IMG/VR virus record: IMGVR_UViG_3300008110_000029
Length of the DNA stretch: 64,000 nucleotides
Strand: one strand, 5' to 3'
Origin: a virus
Lineage: Duplodnaviria; Heunggongvirae; Uroviricota; Caudoviricetes
The notes under the pieces were generated by a model. That model made no database searches, was not told where the DNA came from, and was given only the letters and a program-made list of their open reading frames with translations. The translations under genes and the position numbers were made by a program. Numbering within the stretch: the stretch's first letter is position 1; every line of letters starts with the position of its first letter. This document shows positions 9,246 to 17,781 of the stretch, in pieces.

Positions 9246-9683
9246 ATGTTAAGCATCATTACACAAATCACAGAAGAAATACAGGAACTGATCAAGGACG
9301 ATCCAGTTCGTCCGGAAATTCCTCTAGAGCAGCGCATCAATCAACAGAGTAAAATCTACGTGTTAAAAGACGACGGTACCGGTAAGGCCAGTGCTGTGGT
9401 ATGTGTGAAATTTTTACCCAAAATCCCCGAATCAGTTGATGAACTGTTGAACACCATGAATGGCAGTTCTACCGCAGTGTTCTATACCATTTGGTCATAT
9501 GCACAGGGTGCCGGACGAACATTGATAGAACAAGCTCAAGCAGAAATCAAACAGCACAATCCCGAAGTAACTACCTTTGTGACCCTAAGCCCCAAAACAG
9601 AAATGGCCCGCAAATTCCACCACAAAAACGGTGCCACTACCTACAGAGAAAATGCTGACTCAGTTAACTATCTTTACAAATAA
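9246..9683 (+). CDS. GNAT-fold protein resembling the malonyl-CoA decarboxylase catalytic domain
   Basis: TAVFYTIWS...GAGRTLI...TTFVTLSP parallels the MCD motifs AIFYSIS...G..LIK...TFATLSP. Confidence 0.55.
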   Translation: MLSIITQITEEIQELIKDDPVRPEIPLEQRINQQSKIYVLKDDGTGKASAVVCVKFLPKIPESVDELLNTMNGSSTAVFYTIWSYAQGAGRTLIEQAQAEIKQHNPEVTTFVTLSPKTEMARKFHHKNGATTYRENADSVNYLYK

Positions 9684-9882
9684 CTAGACTGTGTTCGGGC
9701 CACTGCATGATCCACTGCAGACCGCAAAACTGATTGTGAAACAGCAGATACCAATCTAAAGCAGTAGCTGATTCCATACCCCTCATGCTGACACTTCTGG
9801 GCCAATAGTCCACCCAAGACTGCCAGGAAATCAACAGCTCTTGTTGTGGTACAGCTAATTGTTGTGTATAGACAACTAACAT
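9664..9882 (-). CDS. small hypothetical protein
   Basis: 72-aa ORF, weak support. Confidence 0.4.
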   Translation of the reverse strand: MLVVYTQQLAVPQQELLISWQSWVDYWPRSVSMRGMESATALDWYLLFHNQFCGLQWIMQWPEHSLVICKDS

Positions 9883-10059
9883 AAAAATATTTACGCAGAA
9901 GTCTAAAAAAGAGCGCGAAGCGCCGCTAGATTTTTTTCTAGAGCGAAGCGACAGCGGTAGCGCAAGATCGGTAAAAGGTTTTTTAACTGGGAGTTATCAG
10001 AGTAGTTTATTCTACGCCGTGATCGTCAATCCAGCGTAGAGTCCACACTAGGCGAAATT

Positions 10060-10266
10060 CTATATGTAGTCTAGATTATGCTGCCTAACTAGATCTGGAT
10101 AGGCTAATAGCATTAAAGACAGATACTGAGCAGGTATCCAAAAGTCTATGACATCGTTGCGTATGCTCATATAACCACCATGGCGCTGCACAAACTCCCA
10201 TACGTCTTCATCATCGTAGGGTTCGTATACTGTGAGCCTATAACAGTAATAAGTGGTGTCAATCAC
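10060..10266 (-). CDS. small hypothetical protein
   Basis: 68-aa ORF, TAAATA on the - strand upstream. Confidence 0.6.
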   Translation of the reverse strand: MIDTTYYCYRLTVYEPYDDEDVWEFVQRHGGYMSIRNDVIDFWIPAQYLSLMLLAYPDLVRQHNLDYI

Positions 10267-10300
10267 ATGAATATTTAATGATAATTTTAAATACTAGTAT

Positions 10301-10531
10301 ATGCATATTGAGTTCATGTTGCCAACTGGAGCGGGTGGACAATCAGCTCTATACTATAACACTGTACTGGATCAACATCTAGTAGAGTGGAGTCAATATT
10401 ACCATTGCACATATACCAAAACACTGACCTATTATAGAGCTAGTATACAGCTGAACAGTGAGCAGGCGTATACACTGTTTGCACTGACTTGGACATGGTC
10501 TACACCCAAGTGGATTATCAAAGAAGATTAA
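10301..10531 (+). CDS. small hypothetical protein
   Basis: 76-aa ORF, TAAATA upstream. Confidence 0.6.
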   Translation: MHIEFMLPTGAGGQSALYYNTVLDQHLVEWSQYYHCTYTKTLTYYRASIQLNSEQAYTLFALTWTWSTPKWIIKED

Positions 10532-10947
10532 AGTCTTGCAGCTGAAAAAGGCTACAGCCCAAAAAAAATCTGCTGCGCAAAAATTTTTGAGGAGTACTTG
10601 AGTAGCCCAGCTGGCTGCTTTTTAACCCGCAAATAACATGTATACTGCTGCTGAAAAAAGAGCCACTACAGAAATGACTACAAACAGTTGTATACAGATA
10701 TACAAATACTTGAAAAAACCCTGGTCCATAAGCTGACTAGTATACTAGAGAAAAGGCTGCAGGTCAAGTGTAAACCAGCTGCGCAAAAAATTTAGGTGGA
10801 GTACTTTTCATTTCAGGGTGGTGATTTTGCTACCCCAGCTCCAAAATGTTGCGTATAAACAACACTATGCCCCCCATGCCCCTCGACTGAACCTCCCCAC
10901 CACCGGCCCCCCTAGATTCCTCTCGAGTTCCTCAGAATCCTAAAGTC
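10532..10947. repeat. non-coding tract with A-tracts, a duplicated CTGCGCAAAAA(A)TTT..GGAGTACTT element and a C-rich end
   Basis: two copies near 10573 and 10779, convergence point of + and - transcription. Confidence 0.6.
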
Positions 10948-10976
10948 AAAAAAAATCCTACCTCTGGGGTAGGATT
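10948..10976 (-). terminator. intrinsic terminator ending the early block
   Basis: ATCCTACC/GGTAGGAT stem plus 8-T tail on the - strand. Confidence 0.8.
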
Positions 10977-10993
10977 CTCTGGTTCAGGCCACC

Positions 10994-11197
10994 TTATCTC
11001 AGTGCTGCCTCTAGCGCAGCTAGGACCTCTGTGCGCGGTGCGCTTTTGCGTAGCCCTAGCTCGTCACGTGCTATAGCTGTTGCTGACCTGCCCCTGCTGC
11101 TGCGGCGCAGTCCCATCAGCTCTAACTTGACTGCGGCCTTCAGTGCTGCTATGCGGAACAGTGCAATCTGCTCTGGTGTATTCAGTACAGTCATCAT
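10994..11197 (-). CDS. small basic early protein
   Basis: 67 aa, TAAGGAG RBS. Confidence 0.75.
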   Translation of the reverse strand: MMTVLNTPEQIALFRIAALKAAVKLELMGLRRSSRGRSATAIARDELGLRKSAPRTEVLAALEAALR

Positions 11198-11204
11198 CGT
11201 CTCC

Positions 11205-11282
11205 TTAGTAGGGGTATGCTGCGATGGCTATCATTACCATTGCTGTCAAGTACAACCAACCAATGCTTATACGCTTTTGCAT
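11205..11282 (-). CDS. 25-aa membrane micropeptide (MQKRISIGWLYLTAMVMIAIAAYPY), absent from track
   Basis: own promoter, AGGAGCG RBS, stop overlaps the next RBS. Confidence 0.65.
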   Translation of the reverse strand: MQKRISIGWLYLTAMVMIAIAAYPY

Positions 11283-11357
11283 TCTATCGCTCCTTGGTGT
11301 CACTGCGTTGTTGCAGTGTTTATAGTATACCCTCAGCTGTCCAAAATGTCAACCAAT

Positions 11358-11591
11358 TTACTCCGGTTTGAACACTAGATATTTGTGCTGTTTCAACAGC
11401 TGGATTGCCGCTCGGACCTCCCTGGCTCTGAGTTCCTGATACTCTAGGTTCTCACGTGCGGCCTTCAGAGTCTGCTCCTCGTCCTGATGATTAAAGAAGT
11501 GGTGTGTGCTGATGTACCACCTCTTACCCTCGTCTATGATCATCTTTATGGTGCCAAGGTTCTTGTACTGCTGGATCTCATTGACTTTCAT
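11358..11591 (-). CDS. hypothetical early protein
   Basis: 77-aa ORF. Confidence 0.6.
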   Translation of the reverse strand: MKVNEIQQYKNLGTIKMIIDEGKRWYISTHHFFNHQDEEQTLKAARENLEYQELRAREVRAAIQLLKQHKYLVFKPE

Positions 11592-11610
11592 AGTGGCTTC
11601 TTTCTAGAAT

Positions 11611-11642
11611 AAAAAAGCCCGGGGAGTCCCCTCAACCCGGGC
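11611..11642 (-). terminator. intrinsic terminator
   Basis: GCCCGG stem plus 6-T tail. Confidence 0.65.
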
Positions 11643-11668
11643 AAGGGGATCCAATCCCCGGAGCAACC

Positions 11669-11851
11669 TTAACGATATCCCTTTTGACGTATCATCAGCG
11701 TGGCCACCCACATCAAGGCCACACCCACTAGGCTGACTGCTAGACTGCACAGCAGATCGTAATCCGTAGTGCTCTGCTCAATGCCGCCTACCCCGCCTGC
11801 GGCTAGGATGATACCCATGAATACAAAAAATGCTATGACTCGATCTGACAT
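11669..11851 (-). CDS. two-TM small membrane protein
   Basis: AGGAGC RBS, own promoter, two hydrophobic segments. Confidence 0.75.
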   Translation of the reverse strand: MSDRVIAFFVFMGIILAAGGVGGIEQSTTDYDLLCSLAVSLVGVALMWVATLMIRQKGYR

Positions 11852-11903
11852 GTTCTGCTCCTTTGTTTAACTGTTTACAGTATAGCTTCTCCGGCCCAAC
11901 CTG

Positions 11904-12035
11904 TCAACCAAAATTTAATTTAATCTGATTGATCTCTCGGACCCGGCCCCGAGGTTTCTTCTGCAGATAGAACGCGAATCCTACGCGAAAGATCTTAACG
12001 AAATGCAGTCCGCCTACTCGCTTGTATGAAATCAT
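11904..12035 (-). CDS. 43-aa basic peptide (MISYKRVGGLHFVKIFRVGFAFY...), absent from track
   Basis: AGGAGCG RBS, manual translation. Confidence 0.65.
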   Translation of the reverse strand: MISYKRVGGLHFVKIFRVGFAFYLQKKPRGRVREINQIKLNFG

Positions 12036-12088
12036 CTGATCGCTCCTTGATTGAAAGGGGACTTACGCTGTCGCTGCCCCGAAACTGT

Positions 12089-12385
12089 TTAATAAACTTC
12101 GTCTGCGTAACCGTAGTCTTCGTCTGTGCCGTAGCCTGCGCTGGCCATTGCTGAATCAAAATCTCCGTCCATGCTTTCGTCCGGAGCACCCCAGGCGCAC
12201 TCACGTTCCTGTGCGTTGGTCAACTCCCAATCTTCCTGAATCTTTGCCTTGGCCAACTCCACGTCCCCGCCGCACAGTTCCAGCACATCGTTATAATCTG
12301 CTGCGTCCCAGCACTCGGCAACCCAGTGGCCGCCTGCTTCGTAGTTGTCCATTGCGAACTGTTGCAGTTGTTGGATTTTGCTCAT
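12089..12385 (-). CDS. acidic early protein
   Basis: own promoter and AGGAGC RBS, C-terminal SMDGDFDSAMASAGYGTDEDY. Confidence 0.8.
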   Translation of the reverse strand: MSKIQQLQQFAMDNYEAGGHWVAECWDAADYNDVLELCGGDVELAKAKIQEDWELTNAQERECAWGAPDESMDGDFDSAMASAGYGTDEDYGYADEVY

Positions 12386-12464
12386 TTTGGGCTCCTTTGT
12401 TTAGTTCACTGCGTTTGTGCAGTGTCTAAAGTATAGCGCAGGTTGTCCAATTTGTCAACCAAAA

Positions 12465-12752
12465 TCAGCAGCGATTTGTCTGGTAGGGTTTTCTTTGATT
12501 TTTAGGGAGGTGTCCCGCGCACATCTTTTCAGCGGCACGATCCCAGTGCGGAACCTGAGCGATCAAACTTTCTCCAGGCTTTGGATCCCACGGGCGGTCA
12601 CGAGGATCTCTACGATTCTCTGCCACGATGGTTTCTAAGGCTGCACAGCCTGTTAATGCACAGAGGATGAGTGCTGTACCGCACCACCTGCCTGCTGATG
12701 ATCCCAAAGTAGCTTTCTGGTTACCAGCGTGTTGACCTTGTTCTCTAGCCAT
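12465..12752 (-). CDS. possible lipoprotein (start uncertain)
   Basis: LILCALTGC lipobox-like segment. Confidence 0.45.
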   Translation of the reverse strand: MAREQGQHAGNQKATLGSSAGRWCGTALILCALTGCAALETIVAENRRDPRDRPWDPKPGESLIAQVPHWDRAAEKMCAGHLPKNQRKPYQTNRC

Positions 12753-12916
12753 TTCAGTTCCTCTTCTGTGAGTGTGTCAGTGTCCTGCTCGCCCTGCAGT
12801 ACCTTAATTATAGCTTGGGTTTGATCCTGTGTCAAGCTGTGATATTCACTTTCAACCCACTGAGTCAACTGCCGTCCCAGCTGCTGAGTTCTTCCTATCT
12901 TGCGCCAATCATTCAT
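12653..12916 (-). CDS. hypothetical protein
   Basis: 87 aa, ATGA coupling. Confidence 0.6.
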   Translation of the reverse strand: MNDWRKIGRTQQLGRQLTQWVESEYHSLTQDQTQAIIKVLQGEQDTDTLTEEELKWLENKVNTLVTRKLLWDHQQAGGAVQHSSSVH

Positions 12917-13286
12917 TTGAGGTTGCCTTGATTAATTCATTGCCCTCGACTATGACCAAACGCACATTGTTCATCTTGCTCTTGAGATCATCTATAAGGC
13001 TGTCACGATCACGGCCTTGGCCAAGGAATGAATCATCATCCTTGCGAAAGGCGTAGAGCTGACCTTGGTGCTGCTCTAGAGTTACTTCAATGACTGTGAG
13101 TTCATCTTCGGGGGTGGGTTCTGTCTCGAGTTCATACTTCTTCATCTGAGCCTTGAGCTGCTGCTCAGTGATGCCCATGTCTCGCATTATGGACAACATG
13201 GTGAAACGAGAAAATGCGGCATGTAGTCTCCATCCTATTGCTACGCCCAGGACCAAGACCAAAATCGTTAGAGTTGCATCATCCAT
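12909..13286 (-). CDS. membrane-anchored hypothetical protein (start MDDATL)
   Basis: N-terminal TM, TAAATA motif upstream, start trimmed from the track ORF. Confidence 0.65.
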   Translation of the reverse strand: MDDATLTILVLVLGVAIGWRLHAAFSRFTMLSIMRDMGITEQQLKAQMKKYELETEPTPEDELTVIEVTLEQHQGQLYAFRKDDDSFLGQGRDRDSLIDDLKSKMNNVRLVIVEGNELIKATSNE

Positions 13287-13347
13287 AATATTATTTAATC
13301 TATTTGTGTGTATAGTGCGGGCAGCGGGGCCTTGGGCCCCAACTGCC

Positions 13348-13692
13348 TCAATCCAGCCTAGAACCAGCGTAGGCTTGGAATCCGTATTTCTTAAACACCT
13401 GTGCTGCGGCCTCTGCGCCTGCTTCCAGTGTGTCCACATTCTGGCAACCAAACTTACTTGGGTTCCACATCTGCAGTCCCCCTGAGTAGGCTGGGCGGAT
13501 ATCGCATTCTTTCAAGGCCTTGCCCAACTTGGTATTTCCCTTGACGCCGTGGATGGTAACCCAGGCGAAGCCACAGGCAAACTGATCCTGACCGCCCAAC
13601 CTCTCTTGGAAGAACTTGGCTGCTGCCTGATGGGCCGCGGTCTGTGCCTCTTGAACCACTGCAGGGATCTGCTCTGGAGTTACTGTGATCAT
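13348..13692 (-). CDS. conserved phage hypothetical protein (CGFAWV...SRLD type)
   Basis: 114 aa, AGGAG RBS, motif pattern recalled from many phages. Confidence 0.8.
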   Translation of the reverse strand: MITVTPEQIPAVVQEAQTAAHQAAAKFFQERLGGQDQFACGFAWVTIHGVKGNTKLGKALKECDIRPAYSGGLQMWNPSKFGCQNVDTLEAGAEAAAQVFKKYGFQAYAGSRLD

Positions 13693-13814
13693 TGTGCGGT
13701 CTCCTTCATGATGGTCTGTGTCTTGCCCACGGCCTTGTCAATTGCTGAGGCCACGCCCGAGATACCAACTGTGGCCACGAACATGCCTGCCACGAACGCT
13801 ATCAAGATTTTCAT
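13689..13814 (-). CDS. 41-aa membrane peptide (MKILIAFVAGMFVATVGISG...), absent from track
   Basis: own promoter, RBS, ATGA coupling. Confidence 0.7.
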   Translation of the reverse strand: MKILIAFVAGMFVATVGISGVASAIDKAVGKTQTIMKETAQ

Positions 13815-13874
13815 CGCTCACTCCTTGTTGTCTAAGTGTTTACAGTATACTACCTTGCCTGCCCTTTGTCAACC

Positions 13875-13906
13875 AAAATAAAGACCCTGCTGTGTGCAGG
13901 GCCTTT
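13875..13906 (-). terminator. intrinsic terminator
   Basis: CCCTGC/GCAGGG stem plus T-rich tail. Confidence 0.6.
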
Positions 13907-13912
13907 GCTTAG

Positions 13913-14167
13913 TTAATTTACAATTATAATGTTATTTGTTGCTAGTTGCTGTTTTGCTGATTGTAATGCTTTGTTAATTGCTTGTGCTTTTTGTTGTGCA
14001 GTGTCTGTAATATTGCAAATGTCCCCGGTAGCGTAAACTGCGCTGCGTTGTGTTATGTGACTGTTATTGCAGAAGCTTACTAAAATGCGTAGTGTTTTTA
14101 GCTTTTTGTTTTGTACAATTTTAGCAAAAGCTTTTTGTGCAAGTATTGCGTTAGCGTAAGTTTGCAT
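13913..14167 (-). CDS. hypothetical early protein lacking Glu
   Basis: own promoter and AGGAGCG RBS. Confidence 0.75.
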   Translation of the reverse strand: MQTYANAILAQKAFAKIVQNKKLKTLRILVSFCNNSHITQRSAVYATGDICNITDTAQQKAQAINKALQSAKQQLATNNIIIVN

Positions 14168-14239
14168 TGTTGCGCTCCTTTTTGTTTAACAGTGTGTATA
14201 TAATAGCACCAGCTGTCCAAAAAGTCAACCAAAATGTTC

Positions 14240-14266
14240 AATAACCCGGCGCAGTGCCGGGTTATT
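14240..14266 (-). terminator. terminator-like hairpin
   Basis: perfect 11-bp stem AATAACCCGGC/GCCGGGTTATT. Confidence 0.65.
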
Positions 14267-14274
14267 GCTAACAG

Positions 14275-14550
14275 TTACGCATACAAGTAATTGTCGGTGC
14301 AATAGTGTACAGTTTTATAAAACTTGCTTTGTGCGTCGGTGTACATGTGCATAATTGTGTCGCAAAGTTGGACTGCATTTTTATTTTGCATAAACTGTAC
14401 AAGTGCTGCGTAAATTGTAACAATGTCGGTGTGTTGCTCGGCGCAGACAGTGTTGTCGGCGTTGACGTCGACAGTGCGTAAGTATTTTGCAATGTCGGCT
14501 TGCAAAAGTTGTACAATAATTGCTACGTCGGCGTTAGTAACTTTTTGCAT
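14275..14550 (-). CDS. hypothetical early protein (start MQKVTN)
   Basis: own promoter, GGAGC RBS. Confidence 0.75.
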   Translation of the reverse strand: MQKVTNADVAIIVQLLQADIAKYLRTVDVNADNTVCAEQHTDIVTIYAALVQFMQNKNAVQLCDTIMHMYTDAQSKFYKTVHYCTDNYLYA

Positions 14551-14680
14551 TGTTAGCTCCGGTAGTTGCACTGCGTTTTGCAGTGTTTAAATTATAGTAC
14601 CAAAACGCCGGACTGTCAACCAAAAAATTAGTTGTTAAAAAAGCAACCGGGTCAGTTGGGGGGCGTGTGCCCCCCTCCCC

Positions 14681-15160
14681 TTACTCTGCAGTTACCACGC
14701 TGCCTAGTTTGATGTTAAACACAATGCTGTCGTCCCCCGCCCTAAACTCGCTTGCCAGTGCCGCTGCCTGCGCCTCATCCCTAGTAATCTCTACACCGTT
14801 GCGTGTGTAGCGTGGCGCTTTGCGTTCCGCAGTCTTGTCCATTGTGCATCGCACATAGTATTCGCCCTTGTGTGCGATAATGTAGGGGAATACAGCCCAC
14901 TCGCCCCATGGCAAACCTGCATTCTCTGCTGGCAGTTCGCCAGTTGCTCGCTTCTCAATCACTTCCTCAATCTCGTCGTATACCTGTCCGATGATTGCGG
15001 TAAACTCTGAACGCTTAACAATAGCGTCCTGTCCCTTGCGTACCTTCAACATACGCTCCGTGACAAACTTGACTGGCTGTTGCTTCTTGCTCAACACCAA
15101 GTCCAACAGTTGTTGTGTGTTGTTGTCTGTGCCCTGAACTACTAGTTGTGCTATTTGCAT
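14681..15160 (-). CDS. conserved phage hypothetical protein
   Basis: own promoter and AGGAGC RBS, GLPWGEW..FPYII.HKG motif. Confidence 0.8.
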   Translation of the reverse strand: MQIAQLVVQGTDNNTQQLLDLVLSKKQQPVKFVTERMLKVRKGQDAIVKRSEFTAIIGQVYDEIEEVIEKRATGELPAENAGLPWGEWAVFPYIIAHKGEYYVRCTMDKTAERKAPRYTRNGVEITRDEAQAAALASEFRAGDDSIVFNIKLGSVVTAE

Positions 15161-15328
15161 TTGTTGCTCCTTAGTTGCCTGCGTATCGCAGTATCATTAG
15201 TATATGGCCAGCACACCAAAATGTCAACCAAAATATCAAATGTCCCATCAGTCCGTAGGGTTATTCATCATGTTCGTTCATCGTCATCATGCAGACATTC
15301 TAACACCGTTCGTCCATTTGGTCAAGCC

Positions 15329-15359
15329 AAAAAAAAGCCCTGAGCACGTAGCCCAGGGC
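15329..15359 (-). terminator. intrinsic terminator
   Basis: GCCCTG/CAGGGC stem plus 8-T tail. Confidence 0.75.
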
Positions 15360-15384
15360 CTGCCAATCCCGGGAGCGAATCGGG

Positions 15385-15681
15385 TTAGGCAGCAACAGTT
15401 GCCGCAGCAGCAGTACTTGCTGTAGCTGTGGCAGGGTTCTTCTTCGCGGTGTAGGCGATCGCAGCTTCCACAGCAGCATTGCCAGCACCAAAGCCACGAG
15501 CCACGAGTTCTTGAACGATCTCACCTTTGGTCATTGGCTTGCCAAGATCAACCAGCTCAACACCAGTGTGTCCGTTCTTGGCCAGAATCTTGATACGCAT
15601 CTGGTCATTGGCGAAACGCAGCTTGGTCTTGCCGTTAAGGGTTGAAACACCTGCTACACTAAAACGCTTGTCAGTCGACAT
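15385..15681 (-). CDS. conserved phage hypothetical protein with Ala-rich tail
   Basis: own promoter, AGAGG RBS. Confidence 0.8.
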   Translation of the reverse strand: MSTDKRFSVAGVSTLNGKTKLRFANDQMRIKILAKNGHTGVELVDLGKPMTKGEIVQELVARGFGAGNAAVEAAIAYTAKKNPATATASTAAAATVAA

Positions 15682-15770
15682 AATAATTACCTCTCTGTGT
15701 GTGAATAAAAACTACCAACCAATTTGATAGCATTTTGAGTATACTACCAAACCATTTGTCCGTCAACCAA

Positions 15771-15965
15771 TTATTTTTCCAAATTGTTTGGAATTGGCAA
15801 CAATTGGATTGTCACGGACTCCTTCTCATCAAGAGCGGCAATGAACTCGTCGTCGTAGATTAAGTCCTGAAGGGCTAAATCCAATAGTTCTTCCACCCTG
15901 CGATGATCTGCATCGCCCGCCCCACCGCATTCGATGGAGAAGGCAAAATTAAATGTTCTTGCCAT
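15771..15965 (-). CDS. small acidic protein
   Basis: 64 aa. Confidence 0.6.
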   Translation of the reverse strand: MARTFNFAFSIECGGAGDADHRRVEELLDLALQDLIYDDEFIAALDEKESVTIQLLPIPNNLEK

Positions 15966-16001
15966 GCTGTTTCCCTATATAGTCGTATATAGCAGCGGGG
16001 C

Positions 16002-16628
16002 CTACTGGTCCACTAACTTCAAGGCCTCGCCGCCTTCTTTGGTCCAGCGATAGAGATCCTCATCCATACGCTCTTCCTCTTCGTATTCAGCCAGGCTCTC
16101 GCTGATGGCAAAGAACTCATCTAGATCTTCGGGCAAGGTATCCTTGGCACCCTGACTGTCACCCCAATCTGAGTAGCAGTCATCACAGCCGTTGTCCCAT
16201 ACACCAGCAAAGCACATACCTGGTTCGTAGTAGTATGCACGAACTGTGTAGCCCTGTTCAACCAACTCCTCATAGACTCCTGTGGGAGGTGCCCAGGCTG
16301 AATCAAAACTTGCAGTCATCAAGTTACCATCAGGATGAATATCCAAGGTGCCATCCTGGCCACCTACATCCCATTTAGTTCCCCAACGGCCAGACTGGAA
16401 TGAATACCAATCACTGTGACCAAACTTCTCTATGTTGCTCTTAACTCGTGCTTCGTGTGCGGCCTGTTCGTCTCCTCCCACACTGCCTGCCACGGTTTCA
16501 GTCAACTCCTTGGGTGTAGGAATCACATGGTGACAGAACTCGCCACGCTCGTAGGCTTCAGCCAGCGCCTTGATCTTGGCAGGATCCTCATGACCAATTT
16601 CTATAAAGTTGTTGCACCAATTAGGCAT
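16002..16628 (-). CDS. DUF1281/YubB-like (ferredoxin-like) protein
   Basis: MPNWCNN, WGTKWD, F.SAWAPP and YYEPGMCFAG motifs. Confidence 0.75.
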   Translation of the reverse strand: MPNWCNNFIEIGHEDPAKIKALAEAYERGEFCHHVIPTPKELTETVAGSVGGDEQAAHEARVKSNIEKFGHSDWYSFQSGRWGTKWDVGGQDGTLDIHPDGNLMTASFDSAWAPPTGVYEELVEQGYTVRAYYYEPGMCFAGVWDNGCDDCYSDWGDSQGAKDTLPEDLDEFFAISESLAEYEEEERMDEDLYRWTKEGGEALKLVDQ

Positions 16629-16629
16629 A

Positions 16630-16857
16630 CTAGGCTCCTCGAATCATGTTTAACAAACGATCGTTCTGTGCGTCTTGATATTGACGTTGCATCACTGTGT
16701 CGAAGCGATCAATCATACGATCCTCAATCCTCTGTGCATTCATGTCAAAGATCTGACTCACGGTCTTGTAGATCTTGTGCTGTGCCCACGGAGTAGTCTC
16801 GGGGTCCTCTAGCACGGCCATTGCACGACGAATGTAATCAAACTCTTGAGGTGTCAT
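16630..16857 (-). CDS. hypothetical early protein (start MTPQEF)
   Basis: own promoter and AGGAGCG RBS. Confidence 0.75.
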   Translation of the reverse strand: MTPQEFDYIRRAMAVLEDPETTPWAQHKIYKTVSQIFDMNAQRIEDRMIDRFDTVMQRQYQDAQNDRLLNMIRGA

Positions 16858-16922
16858 AGTTCGCTCCTGTTTAGTTAGTGTGTATATAATAACACACACT
16901 AACCAAACTGTCAACCAAAATC

Positions 16923-17282
16923 TTATACAACCTTGACCTTGCTATAGCCTGCGGACAACAATGCCAGAGCATCTTGTGCAGTTGCTGCCATAGTCACTAC
17001 ACGCTTACGGTTAATATGGCCAGTAGTTGGATAGTAACGACCACCGCCATTGCCGATGGCATTGAAGTTACCACTACCAGGATTGAATCGATTATTGTTT
17101 CCCAGAATCCAACGATTGAGGCGACCGTCCTTGATTGATCGAAGGTGATCACTGTTTTCGAGAATGTTCATTCTCTTAGACATATCCTCGCTCCAGTAAC
17201 CAAGAGCGTTGGCCACGTCTTTAGTATAGCACAGGGGATGAGCAGCGACGTATTCGCAAATCATCTGATTTTGACTTTTCAT
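16923..17282 (-). CDS. possible winged-helix protein
   Basis: own promoter, N-terminal HTH-like segment TKDVANALG. Confidence 0.6.
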   Translation of the reverse strand: MKSQNQMICEYVAAHPLCYTKDVANALGYWSEDMSKRMNILENSDHLRSIKDGRLNRWILGNNNRFNPGSGNFNAIGNGGGRYYPTTGHINRKRVVTMAATAQDALALLSAGYSKVKVV

Positions 17283-17348
17283 GGGTTCTCCATAAAGTGT
17301 TGTTTAGTTCAAACAGTATAACAGGGGGTTGCCCCCCTGTCAACCAAT

Positions 17349-17702
17349 TTATGCCTCTGCAAATGCCTCCAACGCTGCCTGTGCCGCACCGTCCAGCATT
17401 ACGCCATCTTGTGCTTTAATCTTGTCTGCAGTTACCTTTATGCGGTATGCGTCCATCTCTGCAGTCTTTGCTTCCATAGCAGGCCACACTACGTCTTGCG
17501 GGTTAAGGTAAGCACCTGTGTAGTCTACCTTGTCCTCTTTCAGTGTAATCTCGCCTGCCTTAATGCCTTCAAACACCATGCCCCATGTAGGCTGTTGCGG
17601 ACGGCCAGTAGGGCCAAACAGTTCCACTGCCTTTGCCTGCAGTTTCTCTGTTGCAATTTCATTCAAGCGACGGAGAAAGTAATTGCGTTGTTCCTGTTCC
17701 AT
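17349..17702 (-). CDS. hypothetical early protein
   Basis: own promoter and AGGAGCG RBS. Confidence 0.8.
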   Translation of the reverse strand: MEQEQRNYFLRRLNEIATEKLQAKAVELFGPTGRPQQPTWGMVFEGIKAGEITLKEDKVDYTGAYLNPQDVVWPAMEAKTAEMDAYRIKVTADKIKAQDGVMLDGAAQAALEAFAEA

Positions 17703-17781
17703 AATACGCTCCTAAAAAGTCTGTCACTGCAAAATTGCAGTGTGTGTATATTAACACACACTGCCCAATCTGTCAACCGTT

